Assembly (NCBI GenBank): GCA_964446985.1
Contig: CAYUQW010000001.1
Coordinates: 1 to 32,519 of the forward strand
DNA length: 32,519 nucleotides
Direction: 5' to 3'
Source of the DNA: an uncultured Flavobacteriaceae bacterium
GTDB taxonomy: Bacteria > Bacteroidota > Bacteroidia > Flavobacteriales > Flavobacteriaceae
Both the position numbers and the translations under genes were made by a program. Shown piece after piece: positions 7,613 through 16,245 of the stretch. The notes under the pieces were generated by a model. The model saw only the letters and a program-made list of their open reading frames with translations, ran no database searches and was not told the DNA's origin. How positions within the stretch are numbered: position 1 is the stretch's first letter; each line of letters begins with the position of its first letter.

Positions 7613-9939
7613 AAAAATTATTTCCGGGCATACTTGCGATTTTATTGGCGAATATTATGCCTGTTTCGGCGCAATACGTACATCTCAAAGGCTATGTAAC
7701 CGATGCACAAAGCGGGGAAAAATTGCTGGGTGCCAATGTGTGTGAAAAGCATACGCAAACCTGTACCGTTTCCAATGAATACGGCTATTTCGATCTGATT
7801 GTTCCGGAAAAAGATACGTTGACCTTATGGGTGTCCTTCACCGGATACAAAAATTTCCAAAAATCGTTTACGGATAAAATTCCCTCCGTGCTTCACGTTA
7901 GCTTGGAGCCGGGAGAAAGTTTGGGAGAGGTGGAGGTAACGGTAAAAACCAACCGTATTGAGCGGAAGACGGAAATGAGCCGTGTGCAACTCAAACCGGC
8001 GCAAATCATCGAAATGCCCGTTATTTTGTCGGAACCCGATCTGATCAAAGCGATGCAAAAATTGCCGGGTGTTTTGGCCGGAAGCGAATTGTTCGGCGGG
8101 ATGTATGTACGCGGCGGATCCAACGATCAAAATCTCTATCTGCTGGATGATGTGCCTTTATATTATATCAATCATTTGGGCGGTTTCCTCTCGGTTTTCA
8201 ATGCCTATTCCGTTAAACGCGCCGATTTGTACAAAGGCGATTTTCCCGCTCGATACGGCGGCAGGCTCTCGTCGGTGTTGGACGTCCGTACACGTGACGG
8301 AAACAAATTCGAGCGGCACGGGGAATTTTCCATCGGTGCGCTTACATGGAAATTGAGTCTGGAAGGACCGGTCAAAAAAGGCAAAACTTCTTATTTTGTC
8401 TCCGGACGCCGTTTTATGTACGATTTGATTCTCCGCGCCCTCGAACGCTTGGCCGGGGAAGGTTCGGGCGGTTATACTTTCTACGATTTCAATGCCAAAA
8501 TAAATCACGTGTTGGACCCCAAAAACCAACTCTATTTTTCTTGGTATTACGGCGACGATGCTTTCAGTATGCAATTCAAAGAGGGGGATGCCGTAAACAA
8601 ATTCCGCACGGGATGGGGAAACCATTTGATGTCTTTACGTTGGAACCACATTTTCCGTAGCGGGTTTTTCCTCAATACGACGGCTTATTTTACGCGTTAT
8701 CGTTTCGAAGTAAAAGACAAAATGACAAGTGATACCGACGAACTTTCCTACCGCTATTTCTCCGGAATCAAAGATTTTTCCCTGAAAACCGATGCCACCT
8801 GGCATATATCGTCCCGGGACAAATTGAAATTCGGCACAGGTTACATCTACCATATTTTTTCGCCCGGCGCCAGCAAGTTCAAAGTAAAACAAAACGGTTC
8901 CCAAACGGATACGCTTATCGGTAATCTGAACCTCTTCTCCTCGGATGTCTATGCCTATGCCCAATGGAAACATAAATGGTCCGGGCGTCTGACGAGCCGT
9001 CTCGGTATCAGGTCGGCAAACTATATCGTGAACAACCGGATTTTCAACGATATCGAACCGAGAATTTCATTGAATTTTCTGGTAAATAAGCATTTTTCCA
9101 TAAAAACCTCCTATGCGCGGATGCAACAACCGGTGCATTTGCTCTCCACTTCCAATTTGGACCTTCCCATCGACTTGTGGATGCCTTCCACGACCAAATT
9201 ACCGCCGTCCAAAGGATGGATAACCGCCGTCGGTGCCGCTTGGAGCAACAAGGACAATTCCTGGGATGTCTCCTCGGAGATTTACTACAAAGAACTCACC
9301 GGCATTCCTTTCTACAAACCGGGAACCTTTTTCCTGCAAACCTCGTTGAAGAATTGGGAAAATTTACTCTATCACAACGGATTGAACCGTTCCTACGGTT
9401 GGGAATGGTTGATTCGCAAGACCAAAGGTAAATGGACGGGCTGGTTGGCTTATACTTTGTCGCGCTCCACCTTGCGCTTCCCGGAGTTAAACCACGGACG
9501 TCCTTTCCCGTTCAAATACGATCGTACACACAGCATAGATATTGTCCTGCGGTATAAACCTTCGGAGCGGTTTATTATGAGTATGGCTTGGAATTTCGGT
9601 TCCGGATTGCCCGTAACCTTGCCGGTAGGCGAATATCAACTGCCCGTTTTCACGGAAAATAACGAGTTCTATACCATTCCCGTAAATATCTACACGGAAC
9701 GAAACGGATACCGCATGCATCCCTATCACCGGTTGGATATCTCCTTGATGTTTCCCAGAAAATTGAAACACGGCGAACTAATATGGACGATTGGCGTTTA
9801 CAATGCCTACAACAGACAAAATCCTTTTATGTATCAAGTTCTGGATTATAATCCGCGAACCGGTAATTATGATCCCGGTGTTTATCAATTCAGCCTCTTT
9901 CCGATGATTCCTTCGGTTTCCTTTACCTACAGATTTTAA
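7609..9939 (+). CDS. TonB-dependent receptor with N-terminal carboxypeptidase-regulatory-like domain
   Basis: 776 aa with a signal peptide and a CarboxypepD_reg-like start (HLKGYVTDAQSGEKLLGANV). Plug region: PDLIKAMQKLPGV...GMYVRGGSNDQNLYLLDDVPLY. A long beta-barrel ends in SFTYRF. Confidence 0.9.
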   Translation: MKKLFPGILAILLANIMPVSAQYVHLKGYVTDAQSGEKLLGANVCEKHTQTCTVSNEYGYFDLIVPEKDTLTLWVSFTGYKNFQKSFTDKIPSVLHVSLEPGESLGEVEVTVKTNRIERKTEMSRVQLKPAQIIEMPVILSEPDLIKAMQKLPGVLAGSELFGGMYVRGGSNDQNLYLLDDVPLYYINHLGGFLSVFNAYSVKRADLYKGDFPARYGGRLSSVLDVRTRDGNKFERHGEFSIGALTWKLSLEGPVKKGKTSYFVSGRRFMYDLILRALERLAGEGSGGYTFYDFNAKINHVLDPKNQLYFSWYYGDDAFSMQFKEGDAVNKFRTGWGNHLMSLRWNHIFRSGFFLNTTAYFTRYRFEVKDKMTSDTDELSYRYFSGIKDFSLKTDATWHISSRDKLKFGTGYIYHIFSPGASKFKVKQNGSQTDTLIGNLNLFSSDVYAYAQWKHKWSGRLTSRLGIRSANYIVNNRIFNDIEPRISLNFLVNKHFSIKTSYARMQQPVHLLSTSNLDLPIDLWMPSTTKLPPSKGWITAVGAAWSNKDNSWDVSSEIYYKELTGIPFYKPGTFFLQTSLKNWENLLYHNGLNRSYGWEWLIRKTKGKWTGWLAYTLSRSTLRFPELNHGRPFPFKYDRTHSIDIVLRYKPSERFIMSMAWNFGSGLPVTLPVGEYQLPVFTENNEFYTIPVNIYTERNGYRMHPYHRLDISLMFPRKLKHGELIWTIGVYNAYNRQNPFMYQVLDYNPRTGNYDPGVYQFSLFPMIPSVSFTYRF

Positions 9940-9978
9940 CGATCGGAAGATATTTCCTAATTTTACCGCAAAAATATT

Positions 9979-10101
9979 ATGTCGCTTGCCACCATTCTTT
10001 TTATTATCGTGATGCTCCATCTCGTCGTAGGTTTCGGATGGGCGATATATAAAATGGAATTTGCACCGCGAAAGAAAAACAACAAGGCCGATGAAAATTA
10101 A
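9979..10101 (+). CDS. Hypothetical 40-aa single-TM small protein (speculative)
   Basis: ATG at 9979. Translation is MSLATILFIIVMLHLVVGFGWAIYKMEFAPRKKNNKADEN, one hydrophobic helix plus a basic tail. Its stop overlaps the first ATG of the M28 gene (ATGAAAATTAA). A near-consensus -7 box TAATTTTA lies at 9958-9965. No homology evidence. Confidence 0.25.
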   Translation: MSLATILFIIVMLHLVVGFGWAIYKMEFAPRKKNNKADEN

Positions 10102-11656
10102 TTTTAACGGGCTTTATAAACTTTGCGATATCCGCCCCGGCAAACGATTCCTGTTGATTTTGCTGAGTATGCCGATTTTTCTTTTGATAAATTGGCGCCC
10201 GGCCGTGTCCGAGGATTTTCTTTCGTTGGAATATGCCAACCGCATTTCGGCCGAAGATTTGAGCGACGATATCGAAGTTTTGGCTGCCGATTCGCTCGAA
10301 GGGAGAAAGACGGGAACCGAAGCCGATTTGAAAGCCGCTTATTTCCTTGCCCGGAAGTTCATCAAGTATAATGTCGATAAATATTTCGAATCCTATTTGC
10401 AATCCTATGATATCGTTTTGCCCAATAAGCCCGATGTGAGCATCTCCACCGATCTCAACCGATTCGTTATCGGGAAGGATTTTTTGAGTTTGTTCCCGCA
10501 TGACAGTATCAGTATCAATGCCGATGAAATCATTTATGCGGGCTACGGTATTAAGGAAGAAAGATGGAACGATTATGCCTACAAAGACGTTAAAGGAAAA
10601 ATCGTTCTGGTCAAAGCCGGCGAGCCTACGGATCATTTCGGTAATAAAATCCTTACGGGACTTTTACGTCCTTCCAAATGGTCGGCCGATCCCATTCATT
10701 CGTATATGTTGAAACGTAATGCCGCCAAGGAAGCGGGCGCGCGTGCCATGCTGTATTTTGATCCCAAACATTATAAAATATTCAAGGAGATTTATGATCA
10801 TATCTATCAATCGGGCGGAAGGAAAGTGCATAACATTCAGGTGGACTCGCTTTACGATTTTATTATAGGAACAAAGATTTTGCAGGATTTGGGTTATGAC
10901 GACCTCGACTCGGTGTATTATCACAACCGCCGCGAGCGAAAATGGAAAATTCCCGTTCGCATAACCTTCAATACGCGGGATGAGATTTTGAGTTCGCAAA
11001 ATGTAGTGGCTTATGTCAAAGGTGCCGAAGAGCCGGACAAATGCATACTCGTTTGCGCCAATTTTGACGGCCTGGGAAAATCGGATACCATCGTTTATCC
11101 GGGAGCCAATAATAACGCAAGCGGCACTGCGGCCGTACTCGAAATGGCGGGACGCTTTCAGGAAGCCGCCGAAGAAGGTTATCCGCCGAAATATTCCATC
11201 GTTTTTGCGCTGTTCTCCGGAAGGGAAGAGAACCATCTGGGTGCCAAATATTACCTGAAACATCCGGCTTTCCCTTTGACCAAAACCTTGGCGGTGGTGG
11301 ATGTCGATCAGATTGGTTTTGTGGATACGCTTTCGCGTGATCCGAACAATATTTATTTGGCGGAAAAATTGGGTAAAAAGAATTTTTTCAAAGAATTGGA
11401 GAAGGTCAACAGGGAAAAACGCGGTCCGAGGGTTATCCTGAAAAAAGAAATGATCGAGAAAAAATATGCCAATGTACAGTCGACAAGCGACGGGGTCATT
11501 TTCTATAAAAACCATCTGCCTGTCGTATCTTTTTTCAATTGGCTCTATCCGTATAACCGTACACCCGAAGATACACCCGATAAAATTACCTGGGATATTT
11601 ACGATGCCAGGACAAGATATATTTTCTTAACCGTTTGGAAATTAGCCAATGACTAA
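10091..11656 (+). CDS. M28 family peptidase homologue with PA-like insert; metal ligands substituted (probable pseudo-peptidase)
   Basis: The ORF track starts at a TTG (10061); the first ATG is at 10091 (MKINFNG...), followed by a signal anchor. The M28 core is recognisable: NVVAYVKG...ILVCANFDGLG...PGANNNASGTAAVLEMAGRF...FSGREENHLGAKYY...VVDVDQIG...SDGVIFYKNHLPVVSFF...YPYNRTPEDTPDKI. See the finding on ligand loss. Confidence 0.8.
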   Translation: MKINFNGLYKLCDIRPGKRFLLILLSMPIFLLINWRPAVSEDFLSLEYANRISAEDLSDDIEVLAADSLEGRKTGTEADLKAAYFLARKFIKYNVDKYFESYLQSYDIVLPNKPDVSISTDLNRFVIGKDFLSLFPHDSISINADEIIYAGYGIKEERWNDYAYKDVKGKIVLVKAGEPTDHFGNKILTGLLRPSKWSADPIHSYMLKRNAAKEAGARAMLYFDPKHYKIFKEIYDHIYQSGGRKVHNIQVDSLYDFIIGTKILQDLGYDDLDSVYYHNRRERKWKIPVRITFNTRDEILSSQNVVAYVKGAEEPDKCILVCANFDGLGKSDTIVYPGANNNASGTAAVLEMAGRFQEAAEEGYPPKYSIVFALFSGREENHLGAKYYLKHPAFPLTKTLAVVDVDQIGFVDTLSRDPNNIYLAEKLGKKNFFKELEKVNREKRGPRVILKKEMIEKKYANVQSTSDGVIFYKNHLPVVSFFNWLYPYNRTPEDTPDKITWDIYDARTRYIFLTVWKLAND

Positions 11657-13394
11657 AATTGCAGGAGATATGAATATCAAAAGAATAATCAAAAGAGCAG
11701 AGGTTTGGACCAAACCGCCTTTCGACGAAGCAACGAGAAAAGCCGTTTCCGAAATGATAAAATCGCCTTCCGACGAGTTGGTGGAGGCGTTCTATAAGGA
11801 TTTGGAATTCGGTACGGGAGGGATGCGCGGAATTATGGGTATCGGAACCAACCGGATGAATAAATATACCATAGGAAAAAATACGCAAGGCATAGCCAAT
11901 TACCTGAAACGCAAGTTCCCCAAAAAATCCTTGTCCGTAGCCATCAATTATGATGTGCGCCACAACAGCCGGGAATTTGCCCGTATTGTTGCCGATGTTT
12001 TTTCGGCTAACGGGATTAAGGCTTATTTGTTCAAGGAATTCCGTCCCACGCCCGAATTGTCTTTTGCCGTTCGCTACCTGAAAACCGATGCGGGTATCGT
12101 CCTGACGGCTTCGCACAATCCGCCCGAATATAACGGATACAAGGTTTATTGGAACGATGGCGCCCAAGTCGTGCCGCCGCAGGACAAGGAAATCGTCAAC
12201 GCTATCGCCCGTGTCGATTTCTCGGATATCCTGTTCGACGGCAATCCGGATTTGATACAATATGTGGACGAGTCGCTCGACGAAGCTTTTATCAATGCAA
12301 GCATCAGTCATGCCTTACGAGGCAATCACGACAGGGGAAACGTGCGAATTTTGTTTACACCGTTGCACGGAACGTCCGTAACCGTTATGCCCAAAGCCAT
12401 GCATAAAGCCGGCTTTACGGATTTTCATATCGTAGAGGAACAAGCCGTTCCCGACGGAGATTTCCCCACGGTGGAATCACCCAATCCCGAAGAACCCTCT
12501 GCCTTTGAGATGGCTTTGAAAAAAGCCGATGAGATAAATGCCGATATTATCCTGGCCACCGATCCCGATGCCGATCGTATCGCCGTTGCCGTAAGGGATT
12601 ACGACGGAAAAATGCGTCTGCTCAACGGTAATCAAACGATGGCGGTGATGGACCGTTTTCTGATCGAGCGTTGGCGCGCCGAAGGGAAATTAACCGGCAA
12701 CGAATTTATTGCCTCGACCATCGTTTCCACCGATATGATTCTCGAAATAGGCAAGAAGGAAAAAGTAGCCGTCAAGCGAAGTCTGACCGGTTTCAAATGG
12801 ATTGCCAAACTTATCAGGGAAAACGAAGGAAAATTAAATTTCATCGGCGGAGGCGAGGAAAGTTTCGGCTATATGGTGGGCGATTTTGTTCGTGACAAGG
12901 ACAGCATCACCTCCGGTTTGCTTGCCGCCGAAATAGCATCCGTAAGCAAGGCTTTGGGTTCGTCGTTTTTCGATTATTTGGTTGACAGCTATAAAAAATA
13001 CGGCTTCTACAAGGAAAAATTGGTGGCGCTGGTGAAAAAAGGATTGGAAGGTAAGGAGGAAATCACCAAAATGATGGTGCGTTTTCGTCAGAATCCGCCC
13101 GAAACCATTGACGGTTCTCCCGTAATTTCCATTGAAGATTATGCCGCCGGCGTGATAAGATACAGTGCCGGAAGCGAAAGAAAAATAACGGATATTCCCC
13201 AATCCAACGTATTGATTTTCTACACGCAAGACGGCACTAAGGTGGCTTTACGGCCGAGCGGGACCGAACCGAAAATCAAATTCTACATCGGTGTCAATTA
13301 TCATATGAAGGATAAATCCCAATTGCCCGTCCTGGAAAAAGAAGCCGGCGAAAAAATCGATCGCATCATACGAGAACTGGGAATCGATGGATAA
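11649..13394 (+). CDS. Phospho-sugar mutase (alpha-phosphoglucomutase/phosphomannomutase family, PgcA-like)
   Basis: 581 aa. Contains DLEFGTGGMRG, the active-site loop TASHNPPEYNGYKVY, the Mg loop ATDPDADRIAV, GGEESFG, and RPSGTEPKIKFY. An alternative ATG lies at 11670. Confidence 0.9.
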   Translation: MTKIAGDMNIKRIIKRAEVWTKPPFDEATRKAVSEMIKSPSDELVEAFYKDLEFGTGGMRGIMGIGTNRMNKYTIGKNTQGIANYLKRKFPKKSLSVAINYDVRHNSREFARIVADVFSANGIKAYLFKEFRPTPELSFAVRYLKTDAGIVLTASHNPPEYNGYKVYWNDGAQVVPPQDKEIVNAIARVDFSDILFDGNPDLIQYVDESLDEAFINASISHALRGNHDRGNVRILFTPLHGTSVTVMPKAMHKAGFTDFHIVEEQAVPDGDFPTVESPNPEEPSAFEMALKKADEINADIILATDPDADRIAVAVRDYDGKMRLLNGNQTMAVMDRFLIERWRAEGKLTGNEFIASTIVSTDMILEIGKKEKVAVKRSLTGFKWIAKLIRENEGKLNFIGGGEESFGYMVGDFVRDKDSITSGLLAAEIASVSKALGSSFFDYLVDSYKKYGFYKEKLVALVKKGLEGKEEITKMMVRFRQNPPETIDGSPVISIEDYAAGVIRYSAGSERKITDIPQSNVLIFYTQDGTKVALRPSGTEPKIKFYIGVNYHMKDKSQLPVLEKEAGEKIDRIIRELGIDG

Positions 13395-15222
13395 AAATTT
13401 GAAAAAGATTTTGTCCTATGCCTCACCGTATAAGCATTTGGTGGGACTGAATATTTTGAGCAATGTTTTTTATTCCTTTTTCGGCATGCTGACCTTTTTG
13501 GTCATCAAACCGATGCTTGATGTTTTGTTCGGGATGAGTAAAGAGGTGGTTGCTGCGCCTCCCGTATGGACGGGTATCGGACATCTGAAAAGTTTCGCCA
13601 CGGGATGGCTGGCCTATCATTGGTCGGGCTTTTTGAAAGATCATTCGCCCGGACAAGCCTTGGAACTGGTGATTTTTCTGGTGATTCTCCTGGTGCTGCT
13701 CAAAAATATTTTCGGATATGCCGGATTGTTTTTCGGTACTTTGCTGCGTAACGGTATTCTGCGCGATATTCGTTTGGATTTATACAAAAAAATCGTCTCC
13801 TTGCCCGTCGGTTTTTTTACCGACAGGCGAAAAGGAGACATTCTGACACGCATCACCGGCGATGTATATCAAGTACAAAGTGCGACGGTTATACTGCTTG
13901 AAATGATGGTGCGTGATCCGTTGACCATTGTTTTTACCGTTTTGGCCATGTGGATTCTCAATGCCAAACTGACAATCTTTATTCTTGTGTTTGTGCCCAT
14001 AAGCGGGTTGATTATTTCCGTCATAGGAAAAAAATTGAAGAGTGCTTCCCTGGAGCAACAACGTATTTCATCTGAATTTCTCAGCCATACCGAGGAAACG
14101 CTTACGGGGATGAAGGTAATAAAAAGTTTCAATGCCGAAGGGCTGTTTTTCAAAAAATTTAAGCATATCATACAACGTTTGTATAAAAGTGCCAACCGTT
14201 TGGCCAACCGTCAGAATTTGGCATCGCCGTTGAGCGAAGTACTCGGGGTGGCGGTCATAGCCGGAATCATCGGTTACGGCGGACATTTGGTGCTTATCGA
14301 AAAATCCTTATCGGCTTCGGCGTTTGTTACCTTTATCGGTTTGGCTTACAATATTCTGACGCCGGCAAAAAATATTGCCCGTGCCGGATATGCCGTTCGT
14401 CGCGGATTGGCGTCGGCCGAGCGTGTCTTTGAGATTATGGAAACGAAAGAAGAAATCCAGGAAGCCCCCGATGCCGTTTCCAAGAAAAGTTTCGACCGGG
14501 AAATACGTTTCGAGAATGTGTCTTTCCGCTACGAAGCCGACGATGTTTTGAAAAATGTCAGCTTTACCGTACCGAAAGGATCTATGGTGGCCTTGGTGGG
14601 ACAATCCGGTAGCGGAAAAACGACTTTGGCCAATCTGTTGGTACGATTTTATGATGTAACGTCGGGCGCCATCAAAATGGACGGTATTGATATAAGGAAA
14701 ATCAAGAAAAAAGATTTGCGGGCTTTGATGGCCATTGTTACGCAGGAATCCATTCTGTTTAACGATACGATCAGGAATAATATCGCCATCGCCAAACCGG
14801 ATGCAACGGACGAAGAAGTCATCCGTGCGGCAAAGGTGGCCAATGCACACGAATTTATTATGAAATTGCCACAGGGCTACGATACGCGTATCGGCGAAAG
14901 CGGCAATAAACTCTCCGGAGGACAAAAACAGCGTATCAATATTGCGCGGGCCGTACTGAAAAATCCGCCGGTGATGATTTTGGACGAAGCCACCAGTGCA
15001 TTGGATACCGAATCGGAACGTTTGGTACAGGAGGCTTTGGACAAGCTGATGGTAAATCATACGTCGTTGGTCATTGCGCACCGTCTTTCCACTATCCGGA
15101 ATGCCGACAAAATTGTAGTGATGGACCACGGTAAAGTGATGGAAACGGGAACACATGCCGAGTTGATGAAAAAAAACGGTATTTACCGGCGACTGGTTAC
15201 TTTGCAATCGTTTGAGGATTAA
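13387..15222 (+). CDS. ABC transporter permease/ATP-binding fusion protein (MsbA-like exporter)
   Basis: 611 aa with six N-terminal TM helices. Walker A is GQSGSGKTT, the signature is LSGGQKQR, and Walker B is ILDEATSALD. It overlaps the upstream gene by 8 nt. Confidence 0.9.
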   Translation: MDKNLKKILSYASPYKHLVGLNILSNVFYSFFGMLTFLVIKPMLDVLFGMSKEVVAAPPVWTGIGHLKSFATGWLAYHWSGFLKDHSPGQALELVIFLVILLVLLKNIFGYAGLFFGTLLRNGILRDIRLDLYKKIVSLPVGFFTDRRKGDILTRITGDVYQVQSATVILLEMMVRDPLTIVFTVLAMWILNAKLTIFILVFVPISGLIISVIGKKLKSASLEQQRISSEFLSHTEETLTGMKVIKSFNAEGLFFKKFKHIIQRLYKSANRLANRQNLASPLSEVLGVAVIAGIIGYGGHLVLIEKSLSASAFVTFIGLAYNILTPAKNIARAGYAVRRGLASAERVFEIMETKEEIQEAPDAVSKKSFDREIRFENVSFRYEADDVLKNVSFTVPKGSMVALVGQSGSGKTTLANLLVRFYDVTSGAIKMDGIDIRKIKKKDLRALMAIVTQESILFNDTIRNNIAIAKPDATDEEVIRAAKVANAHEFIMKLPQGYDTRIGESGNKLSGGQKQRINIARAVLKNPPVMILDEATSALDTESERLVQEALDKLMVNHTSLVIAHRLSTIRNADKIVVMDHGKVMETGTHAELMKKNGIYRRLVTLQSFED

Positions 15223-15231
15223 TCCTTTCGT

Positions 15232-16245
15232 ATGTTCCGGCATTTGAAAAACGATATTATCCTGGCCGTTACATTGTTCCTGCTTTTGTTGTTGACAGGA
15301 ACATTAGGCTATCACTTTTCGCAAGGATTCGATTGGGTCGATGCGTTTTATATGACCGTCATTACCGTTACGACGGTCGGTTTCGGCGAGGTGATGCCGC
15401 TGGATACGTTCGGTAAAATTTTTACCGTTTTTCTCATCTTGTTCAGTATCATCGTGTATGCCTATACCATCGGTGTTGTTACGGAATATATCATAGGTGA
15501 AAATTTTTTCAAAAAATTAATTGTCAAACGTATGGAAAAGAAAATCGCCCGGCTTGAAGGCCACGTTGTTCTTACGGGATACGGACGTACCGGCCGCCAA
15601 GCGCTTAAAAAATTATTGGCCGATAACCGGAAAGTCGTCGTGATAGACATAAAAAAACCGGAAGAAGACGATTTGCTGGCGCATAAAAACGTATTTTTTC
15701 TCGAAGGAGACGCCACCCATGACGAAATATTGAAGAAATCCGCTTTGACCCGGGCCGAGGCCTTGATTTCCGCTATCAACGACGATGCCCAAAATTTACT
15801 CATAGTTCTTTCGGCACGACAAATGAATCCTTCCTTGAATATCGTTGCCCGTGCTTCCGACGAACAAGTGGCCGAGAAAATGAAAATCGCCGGTGCCGAT
15901 CACGTTACGCTACCGGAAGTTATAGGCGGAGAATATATGGCCTCCTTGATCCTCATGCCGGATTTGGTGGAATTTATCGATGCCCTTTCCGCGGAAAACG
16001 GCGGACAAAAGAACAATTTGGTCGAAATTCATATCGAGGATTTGCCCGAAGAATACCTCGGAAAAACCATCCGTGATTTGAACCTGCGGCAAAAAACGGG
16101 ATGTTCCGTTATCGGATATAAAACGCCGGATAAAAAATATATCATCAATCCGCCGGCGGATACGCCTTTGGTGAACGGTTCGGCCATTATCGTTTTGGGC
16201 CAGCCGGAACAAATTCGAAATCTGTACAGGCTGTTTAAGATTTAA
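15232..16245 (+). CDS. Two-TM potassium channel with RCK (TrkA-N/TrkA-C) domains
   Basis: 337 aa. The pore helix and filter read TVITVTTVGFGEV between two TM helices. A Rossmann-type VVLTGYGRTGRQ follows, then a C-terminal TrkA-C-like region. Confidence 0.85.
   Translation: MFRHLKNDIILAVTLFLLLLLTGTLGYHFSQGFDWVDAFYMTVITVTTVGFGEVMPLDTFGKIFTVFLILFSIIVYAYTIGVVTEYIIGENFFKKLIVKRMEKKIARLEGHVVLTGYGRTGRQALKKLLADNRKVVVIDIKKPEEDDLLAHKNVFFLEGDATHDEILKKSALTRAEALISAINDDAQNLLIVLSARQMNPSLNIVARASDEQVAEKMKIAGADHVTLPEVIGGEYMASLILMPDLVEFIDALSAENGGQKNNLVEIHIEDLPEEYLGKTIRDLNLRQKTGCSVIGYKTPDKKYIINPPADTPLVNGSAIIVLGQPEQIRNLYRLFKI

Noticed and set aside
10664-11515. 283-aa antisense ORF inside the M28 gene
   Set aside because: It has no motifs or signal features, and the sense frame has clear family blocks. 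The same reasoning applies to the long antisense ORFs at 6033-6671, 14308-15243, 17125-17868 and 19200-20099.
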